A stretch of 28,467 nt of DNA from an uncultured Ignavibacterium sp. (GTDB taxonomy: Bacteria > Bacteroidota > Ignavibacteria > Tepidaquicellales > Tepidaquicellaceae): the NCBI GenBank assembly GCA_964602825.1, contig CAZRSU010000001.1, positions 8,836 through 37,302 on the forward strand, in the 5' to 3' direction. Shown here one piece after another: positions 8,587 to 15,345 of this stretch. The translations under genes and the position numbers were made by a program. Position 1 is the first letter of the stretch. Each line of letters begins with the position of its first letter. The notes beneath the pieces were generated by a model, which ran no database searches, was not told the origin of the DNA, and saw only the letters and a list, made by a program, of their open reading frames with translations.

Positions 8587-9684
8587 TTGAAAAAACTTTT
8601 ATTAATATTAGCATTACTGATTAATTCCGCCGCACTGCCTCAATCAGGCGGAACACTTAAAATTGATTCGCTTTACAGCAGTGACGGTCCCGTTGTTATA
8701 TATGAAAACGGGAAAATTTTTGAAGCGGGTATTGTGCCTGACGGCAGCACATTCAGGATGTACACAAAATACATTTCATACGGCGATACGCTTTCCTGCT
8801 ATGTGGACGAAACGGGGCAGAGTTTTAAATTCACTCTGAAAGATAAAATCGAAACGGAAAAAGACGTTTACGAAATGCCGGAAAAAATCCTGATGATATC
8901 CGATATTGAAGGAAACTTCAACGGCTTTCAGATGATTCTGAAAGGTGCAGGCGTGATTGACGGAAATTTCAACTGGACATTCGGCAAGGGACACCTTGTA
9001 ATTGACGGCGATATGTTCGACCGGAGTTTGAACGTAACCGAATGCCTGTGGCTTATTTATAAACTCGAAGGCGAGGCGGAAAAAGCCGGAGGCAAAGTGC
9101 ATTTCATAATGGGCAATCACGACGTTATGAACCTCAAAGGCGATTACAGGTATTTAAGGGAAAAATATCTGATAAACTCAGACTCGCTGAAGATTCCCTA
9201 TGAGCACCGGTATTCGGGCGACACGGAACCCGGCAGATGGCTCCGAAGCAAAAACTGCGTTGAACGTATCGGAAATATTCTGTTCGTTCACGGCGGAATA
9301 GGCGGCGCATTTCCCTTTTCAAAATATACGCTTGAGGAAATTAACACCGGATTCAGAAAGCATCTCGACTCCTCTCTCACGAAGCAGCAGTTAAGGGAAG
9401 ACATATTTCTCGGCAGCGTCAGTCCCGTATGGTACAGGGGAATAGCCGAAAGCAAAGCCCCGCAGGAGCAGGTGGACAGCGTTCTGGAACATTTCAATGC
9501 GGACGTAATGATACTCGGGCACACAATTCTCGACACAATAAAATATCTATACAACTCAAAAGTAATAACCATAGACCTCGAGCACAAACAAAATTCCGAC
9601 AATGGATTTATGAAAGCCCTCTACTATGAATCCGGACATTTTTACATAATAGACGACAAAGGCGCCAAAGAAAAATTAAAATAA
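8587..9684 (+). CDS. Secreted calcineurin-like metallophosphoesterase (Shewanella-like phosphatase type)
   Basis: Signal peptide MKKLLLILALL; SDIEG, GD.FDR, GNHD, HGG, GHT motifs. Confidence 0.85.
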   Translation: MKKLLLILALLINSAALPQSGGTLKIDSLYSSDGPVVIYENGKIFEAGIVPDGSTFRMYTKYISYGDTLSCYVDETGQSFKFTLKDKIETEKDVYEMPEKILMISDIEGNFNGFQMILKGAGVIDGNFNWTFGKGHLVIDGDMFDRSLNVTECLWLIYKLEGEAEKAGGKVHFIMGNHDVMNLKGDYRYLREKYLINSDSLKIPYEHRYSGDTEPGRWLRSKNCVERIGNILFVHGGIGGAFPFSKYTLEEINTGFRKHLDSSLTKQQLREDIFLGSVSPVWYRGIAESKAPQEQVDSVLEHFNADVMILGHTILDTIKYLYNSKVITIDLEHKQNSDNGFMKALYYESGHFYIIDDKGAKEKLK

Positions 9685-9713
9685 ATGTAAATTATCAAAT
9701 ATATATTTTTCTT

Positions 9714-9925
9714 ATGCCGTAGGCATCAAATGTTTGTAGATTCACAAAAACGTATTTTATTCTTATGCCGTAGGCATAAAACATTTGTAGAATTACGAAT
9801 ACATATTTCTTTTAATGCCGTAGGCATAAAACGTTTGTAGATTTGCGAATACATATTTCCCCGTATGCCGTAGGTATTAAACGTTTGTAGAATTACGAAT
9901 ACATATTTCCCCGTATGCCGTAGGT
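9714..9925 (+). repeat. Tandem REP-like array, 5 units, period 50-51 bp (ATGCCGTAGGCAT-N9-GTAG)
   Basis: Palindrome starts at 9714, 9765, 9815, 9865, 9915. Confidence 0.9.
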
Positions 9926-10005
9926 CTTGTACATCTGCCTTCCTGCTGAACATTCTGATTATTGGCTTTGAACCTCCGATATGAACCACTGATAATTTTA
10001 TTATT

Positions 10006-10071
10006 GAACTCCTACGGAGTTCCTTAGAAAAATAAAATCTTTTGCTATAATATTAAACTCCTACGGAGTTT
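10006..10071. repeat. Pair of 17-bp palindromes AACTCCTACGGAGTT, period 49 bp
   Basis: 10006-10022 and 10055-10071; a third copy lies at 20764-20780. Confidence 0.85.
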
Positions 10072-10099
10072 ATTTTACTTGTTCAAATATTGCAAGAAG

Positions 10100-10310
10100 C
10101 CCCATCGGGGTTCAATAATGTAGCATCATCCTGTAATGTTTTCCTGAACCCCATCGGGGTTCAATAATGTAGCATCATCGTATAATTTTTTTCCTGAACC
10201 CCATCGGGGTTCAATAATGTAGCATAATCCTATAATGTTTTCCCGAACCCCGTAGGGGTTCAATAATGTAGCATCAATATTATCATTACAACACAACCCT
10301 GTAGGAGTTG
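10100..10310 (+). repeat. Tandem REP-like array, 4 units plus 1 degenerate, period 49-50 bp (CCCCATCGGGGTTCAATAATGTAG)
   Basis: Units start at 10100, 10149, 10199, 10248; degenerate unit at ~10297. Confidence 0.9.
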
Positions 10311-10458
10311 AATATTCCATCTCGTGACGGCACGCATACCGCATTTATCATCTCGCTGACGCAAGGGCCAGGGCAAGCCCACCAGCTGCAAATATTTTTT
10401 CAAAAATTACAAATCACATTTCACAAATTACATACCACATATTACATTTTAAGCCATT

Positions 10459-10530
10459 ATGCCACAGGCATAAAACGTTTGAAGCCGGTGATATTATTAT
10501 TACAATTATGCCGTAGGCATAAAACGTTTA
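10459..10530 (+). repeat. Pair of ATGCCGTAGGCAT-family units, period 49 bp
   Basis: ATGCCACAGGCATAAAACGTTT at 10459 and ATGCCGTAGGCATAAAACGTTT at 10508. Confidence 0.8.
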
Positions 10531-10680
10531 TATTTTCGCTTAGTTCCTTTCCTCTCCGCTCTGTAAATCGGAAGTGAGCAGATAAAATATGTTGTAATAA
10601 AACAATGAAATAAGTAAGTTATAATTGTTACTTTTTAGTTTTAATTGAAACTCGCTTAATACAAAAAGTAAAAGATATAA

Positions 10681-12363
10681 ATGGCAAAGAAAAACGGAAG
10701 CGGGACCGAAGAACCTTTAGAAAAACAATTGTGGAAAGCAGCTGATAAGTTAAGAAAAAATATTGACGCTGCTGAATATAAGCACATTGTCCTTGGGTTG
10801 GTCTTTCTAAAATACATCTCCGATGCATTTGAAGAATTGTTTGCTAAGCTGAAAGCCGAAGAAGCGCAGGGAGCCGACCCCGAAGACAAAGACGAATACA
10901 AAGCCGAGAATGTTTTTTTTGTTCCACCTGTGGCACGTTGGAGTTTGTTGGTTTCGTATGCCAAACAACCTTCCATTGGAATTACAATTGATGCGGCCAT
11001 GGATGCCATTGAAGCTGAAAATCCATCATTGAAAGGTGTATTGCCAAAAGTATATGCCCGACAAAATCTCGACCCGACAAGTTTGGGCGAATTGATTGAC
11101 TTAGTTGGCAACATTGCACTTGGCGATACCAAAGCCCGGAGTGCCGATGTGCTCGGGCACGTTTTTGAATATTTCCTTGGTGAATTTGCCCTTACCGAAG
11201 GCAAAAAGGGCGGACAATTCTACACCCCACGGAGTGTTGTTGAATTGTTGGTTGAAATGTTGGAACCCTATCAGGGACGTGTTTTCGACCCCTGTTGTGG
11301 TTCGGGCGGCATGTTTGTGCAATCGGAAAAATTTGTAGAAGAACGAAAAGGAAGAGTAAACGATATTTCCATATACGGACAGGAAAGCAACCAGACCACA
11401 TGGCGTTTGTGTAAAATGAATCTTGCCATTCGTGGCATTGACAGTTCGCAGGTAAAATGGAACAACGAGGGTTCGTTTTTAAACGATGCACACAAAGACC
11501 TGAAAGCCGATTATATTATTGCCAATCCCCCCTTTAACGTGAGCGACTGGGGAGGCGATTTACTTCGCAAAGACGGACGCTGGCAATATGGCGTACCGCC
11601 AACCGGTAACGCCAACTATGCCTGGATTCAACATTTCCTTTATCATTTAGCACCCAACGGACAAGCCGGTTTTATATTAGCTAAAGGTTCGCTTACAAGC
11701 AAAACTTCGGGCGAAGGTGATATTAGAAAAGCATTGATTGAAAATAATTTGATTGATTGCATTGTAAACCTGCCTGCCAAACTTTTCTTGAACACACAAA
11801 TACCAGCCTCACTTTGGTTCTTAAGAAGGAACCGGAAAAAATTCCCCTCCGTTGGAGGGGTGTCCGCCGCGGGCGGACGGGGTGGTGCATTCCCCTCCGG
11901 CGGAGGGGTGCCCGAAGGGCGGGGTGGTGAAATCCTATTTATCGATGCCCGAAACCTCGGACATTTAATAAATCGCAGAACAAAAGAGCTTTCTCAAGAA
12001 GATATACAAAAAATTGCACAAACCTATCACTCCTGGAAATTCCCCTCCGATGGAGGGGTGTTCGCTGCAGGCGAACGGGGTGGTGCATTCCCCTCCGATG
12101 GAGGGGTGTCCGAAGGACGGGGTGGTTACAAAGATATTGCCGGTTTTTGTGCAGCCGTTCCAATTAATAAAGTAAAAGAACTGGATTATGTACTTACTCC
12201 CGGGCGGTATGTAGGTTTGCCGGATGATGAAGACGACTTTAATTTTAACGAGCGTTTCACAAACCTAAAAGCCGAACTGGAAGCGCAACTAAAGGAAGAA
12301 GAGCGATTGAATAAAATAATTGCAGAAAACCTGTCCAAAATAAAACTGAATGATGAAAAGTAA
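10681..12363 (+). CDS. hsdM: Type I R-M methyltransferase subunit, carrying two 87-bp in-frame repeat insertions
   Basis: LW.AADKLR, GQFYTP, motif [10 protein letters not shown], motif IV NPPF, LF.NT.IP..LW, C-terminal LTPGRYVG. Confidence 0.96.
   Translation: MAKKNGSGTEEPLEKQLWKAADKLRKNIDAAEYKHIVLGLVFLKYISDAFEELFAKLKAEEAQGADPEDKDEYKAENVFFVPPVARWSLLVSYAKQPSIGITIDAAMDAIEAENPSLKGVLPKVYARQNLDPTSLGELIDLVGNIALGDTKARSADVLGHVFEYFLGEFALTEGKKGGQFYTPRSVVELLVEMLEPYQGRVFDPCCGSGGMFVQSEKFVEERKGRVNDISIYGQESNQTTWRLCKMNLAIRGIDSSQVKWNNEGSFLNDAHKDLKADYIIANPPFNVSDWGGDLLRKDGRWQYGVPPTGNANYAWIQHFLYHLAPNGQAGFILAKGSLTSKTSGEGDIRKALIENNLIDCIVNLPAKLFLNTQIPASLWFLRRNRKKFPSVGGVSAAGGRGGAFPSGGGVPEGRGGEILFIDARNLGHLINRRTKELSQEDIQKIAQTYHSWKFPSDGGVFAAGERGGAFPSDGGVSEGRGGYKDIAGFCAAVPINKVKELDYVLTPGRYVGLPDDEDDFNFNERFTNLKAELEAQLKEEERLNKIIAENLSKIKLNDEK
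11842..11928 (+). repeat. In-frame coding double-hairpin repeat dimer 1 (45+3+39 bp; [29 protein letters not shown])
   Basis: Read directly from sequence; length 87 = 29 codons. Confidence 0.92.
12040..12126 (+). repeat. In-frame coding double-hairpin repeat dimer 2 (45+3+39 bp; [29 protein letters not shown])
   Basis: Read directly from sequence; same architecture as dimer 1. Confidence 0.92.
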
Positions 12364-13192
12364 AAACAGCATTATTGCAGTAAAAGGTGTAGAAGTTTCA
12401 TTTCTTCAAACTAATCGGGAAGACTATATCTGCATTACAGATATTGCAAAATTTAAAAATCCCGAAGCCCCTGCCGACATTATCAAAAACTGGCTGCGTA
12501 CTAAAAACACCATTGAACTGCTTGGACTTTGGGAAAAGTTGCATAATCCGGATTTTAAACTGGTCGAATTCGACCAGTTTAAAAACGAAGCAGGGTACAA
12601 TCACTTTGTGCTGTCACCTCAAAAATGGATAGAAACGACAAATGCCATCGGTTTGCAATCGAAATCGGGGCGATATGGCGGCACCTTTGCCCATGTGGAT
12701 ATTGCCATGGAATTCGCCTCGTGGGTTTCGGTTGAATTTAAATTCTACCTGATTAAAGAATTCCAGTATCTGAAAAACCAGCAGGATAAAGAACTCGACT
12801 GGAATATTAAACGGAAACTCACAAAAATAAATTACCGCATACACACCGATGCCATAAAGGAGAACCTGATTCCGGGCTATCTTACCCCCCAGCAAATCAG
12901 TTACGTATATGCCAACGAAGCTGATGTGCTCAACATGGCACTTTTCGGCAAAACAGCAAAACAGTGGCGCGACGAAAACCCCGAAGAAAAAGGAAATATC
13001 CGCGACTATGCCAACGTATCCCAATTGGTTTGCCTGGCTAACCTCGAAAATCTTAATGCCGTTTTTATTATCGAAGGAATGCCCCAAAATGAACGCCTGC
13101 AAAAGCTTAACCAGATTGCTATAGGGCAAATGAGGATATTACTGCAAACCGATACCGCAAAATCGCTAAAACAAGGAGGTGAAAGTGAGTGA
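12350..13192 (+). CDS. KilA-N domain DNA-binding protein
   Basis: YI.ITDIAK, NWLR...TIE.LG.WE, SPQKWI, GRYGGT.AH.DIA.EFA.W motifs; overlaps the hsdM stop and hsdS start. Confidence 0.85.
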   Translation: MMKSKNSIIAVKGVEVSFLQTNREDYICITDIAKFKNPEAPADIIKNWLRTKNTIELLGLWEKLHNPDFKLVEFDQFKNEAGYNHFVLSPQKWIETTNAIGLQSKSGRYGGTFAHVDIAMEFASWVSVEFKFYLIKEFQYLKNQQDKELDWNIKRKLTKINYRIHTDAIKENLIPGYLTPQQISYVYANEADVLNMALFGKTAKQWRDENPEEKGNIRDYANVSQLVCLANLENLNAVFIIEGMPQNERLQKLNQIAIGQMRILLQTDTAKSLKQGGESE

Positions 13193-14348
13193 GTGGAAAG
13201 AGTACAAATTTTCTGATTTCGTTGAAATAAATCCAACCGTATCATTACCTGCGAATGAGAGTATTCCTTTTGTGGAAATGAAAGATTTGAATGAAAGCCA
13301 GAAGCATTGTTATCCAAGTTCTGAAAGATACAATAGGAATGGTTCTAAGTTCCAAAATAATGATACCTTGTTTGCACGGATTACTCCTTGTCTTGAAAAT
13401 GGGAAAATATGTAAAGTTACAGGATTAAAAAACAATTTTGGATTAGGCTCGACTGAATTTCTCGTATTCAGAGGAAAAGGAGGCATTTCTGATACGAATT
13501 TTGTTTTTTATTTAGCTCGCTGGGACGATGTCAGGTCTCATGCTGAAATTAATCTTGATGGAACTTCGGGAAGGCAAAGAGTTCCCAAAGCCTGTTTTGA
13601 TGATTTAATTATAAAGGTTCCTGCTGATTTCGGAGAACAACGCTCCATTGCCTCCATCCTTTCCAGCCTTGACGACAAAATAGAACTGCTCCACCGCCAA
13701 AATGCCACCCTCGAGAAAATGGCTGAAACGCTTTTTAGGCAGTGGTTTGTGGAAGAAGCGAAGGAAGAGTGGGAAAATACAAAAATTGGTAAAATTTTGA
13801 AGACAATATTAGGGGGTACTCCTTCTACAAACAAACCAGAATATTGGGATGGAATTATTCCATGGATAAACTCAGGAGAAGTAAACAATTTTAGAATACT
13901 AAAAGGGACTAAGTTTATTACAGAACTTGGTTTGAAAAAGTCGAACACTAAATTACTACCCAAAGGGACAACGGTAATTGCAATTACGGGAGCTACACTA
14001 GGGCAAGTTAGCTTACTTGAAATTGAAACCTGTGCCAATCAATCTGTAGTGGGTATTTTACCTAATGAAATTCTTCCAAAAGAATTCATATTTCTGTGGG
14101 TAAAATTAAAAATTAAAGAAATTATTCTAAGTGAAACAGGCGGAGCTCAACCTCACATTAATAAAAATGATATTAATGAAACTGATATAATCATACCTGA
14201 TCCTGATTATTTAAAAAAGTTGAAGGAACAAATAGAACCTCTTTTTGATAAGATAACAAAAAACAGTTTTCAAATAATAAAACTACAACAACTTCGTGAA
14301 TCATTGCTGCCAAAATTAATGAGTGGGGAAGTAAAAGTTGAAATTTAA
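13185..14348 (+). CDS. hsdS: Type I R-M specificity subunit (two TRDs); GTG start at 13185 preferred over 13179
   Basis: TRD1, conserved EQ..IA.IL..LDDKIEL....N.TLE..A..LF..WF, TRD2, LR..LLPKLMSGE; AAGGAGG lies 5 nt upstream of GTG 13185. Confidence 0.93.
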   Translation: MSEWKEYKFSDFVEINPTVSLPANESIPFVEMKDLNESQKHCYPSSERYNRNGSKFQNNDTLFARITPCLENGKICKVTGLKNNFGLGSTEFLVFRGKGGISDTNFVFYLARWDDVRSHAEINLDGTSGRQRVPKACFDDLIIKVPADFGEQRSIASILSSLDDKIELLHRQNATLEKMAETLFRQWFVEEAKEEWENTKIGKILKTILGGTPSTNKPEYWDGIIPWINSGEVNNFRILKGTKFITELGLKKSNTKLLPKGTTVIAITGATLGQVSLLEIETCANQSVVGILPNEILPKEFIFLWVKLKIKEIILSETGGAQPHINKNDINETDIIIPDPDYLKKLKEQIEPLFDKITKNSFQIIKLQQLRESLLPKLMSGEVKVEI

Positions 14349-14351
14349 TAT

Positions 14352-15344
14352 ATGGAAAAAGCATCTTCAGAAAATATCGAACTGTATTGTGTAAGAGCCG
14401 AATTCGGAACTTACACTAAACAATTTATTGATGGTAATTATGTTGCAATCGGTTGGTTACCGAAAAATGACCTTTCAGGAATCACTAGCCGTGACGAATT
14501 ATATCAATTGTATAAAAAGGAATATCCAAAGGATACCAGCAATGTGGTGATTGGTCAGCAAGTTGGGCAGATCGCACGTTTTCTCTTAGAAATAAAAGCA
14601 GACGATTTTGTGATAACACCTGCACAAGACACAGAATTTATTTATTACGGTATTATGGAAGAAAATGCATATTATTTTTCTGATGGTTCAGATGGATGCC
14701 CCTATCTACACCGTAAAAAAGTTAAATGGCACAAAGAACCCATTCGGAGAAGCCAATTTTCTGTTCCTTTTCAAAACACAATCCGTTCTTCGTTGACTGT
14801 TTTTTACATCAGCCATAAAAAGAACTTTTTTACAACGATTGGAAAACCTGACTTAATTCCTGACAGCGAAAAGAAAACGGAGTTCGATTATTACACATCT
14901 GTACTTAATCGAATTCTGGAACTGGATGACAAAGAATTTGAAATATTAATCACTCATATTCTAAACGCACTGGGTTTCGAAGGTTCGGAACACAAAGGTA
15001 AAGTGGGCGATGGTGGAGTGGATGCTACCGGTGAACTAAATGTGGCAAATATGGCCAAAATAAAGCTTTTTGTACAGGCCAAACGCTATAAACGTGATTC
15101 AAGAATATCGGCTAATGTAGTAAAAGCATTAAGAGCAAATATTCCTGCAGGAGGGCAAGGTGCATTTATTACTACTGCTGATTTTCAAAAGCAGGCAAAA
15201 GATATTGCGGTAGAACAGGGCTTTCCAAGAATAGGTTTAATTAATGGCGAACAATTGGTTGATATACTTGCAGATCATTGGAATGATATACCCGTTGAGT
15301 TTCAGGAAAAGTTATCTTTAAAAGTAGGATTAGTTCCAAATTAA
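14352..15344 (+). CDS. Mrr-family (type IV-like) restriction endonuclease with an extra N-terminal domain, possibly EVE/PUA-like
   Basis: C-terminal Mrr_cat motif FE.L...L..LGF...DGGVD...VQAKRY...G.FITT..F..A...IGLI.GE.L; the N-terminal domain assignment is inference. Confidence 0.8.
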   Translation: MEKASSENIELYCVRAEFGTYTKQFIDGNYVAIGWLPKNDLSGITSRDELYQLYKKEYPKDTSNVVIGQQVGQIARFLLEIKADDFVITPAQDTEFIYYGIMEENAYYFSDGSDGCPYLHRKKVKWHKEPIRRSQFSVPFQNTIRSSLTVFYISHKKNFFTTIGKPDLIPDSEKKTEFDYYTSVLNRILELDDKEFEILITHILNALGFEGSEHKGKVGDGGVDATGELNVANMAKIKLFVQAKRYKRDSRISANVVKALRANIPAGGQGAFITTADFQKQAKDIAVEQGFPRIGLINGEQLVDILADHWNDIPVEFQEKLSLKVGLVPN

Positions 15345-15345
15345 A

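Noticed and set aside
9714-10310. CRISPR array interpretation of the ~50-bp periodic repeats
   Set aside because: The would-be spacers are near-identical within each array, short (~22-24 nt), and no cas gene is in the window; these are tandem REP-like units.
9726-10577. Short ORFs 9726-9989, 10126-10344, 10308-10577
   Set aside because: They are translations of repeat arrays with periodic peptides, non-ATG starts and no recognisable domain.
11842-12126. G-quadruplex function of the repeat dimers
   Set aside because: G-runs exist, but loops are long and each run has a complementary C-run with covariation favouring hairpins.
13185-14348. Phase-variable hsdS shufflon
   Set aside because: Single hsdS, no silent TRD cassettes, no recombinase and no flanking inverted repeats seen.
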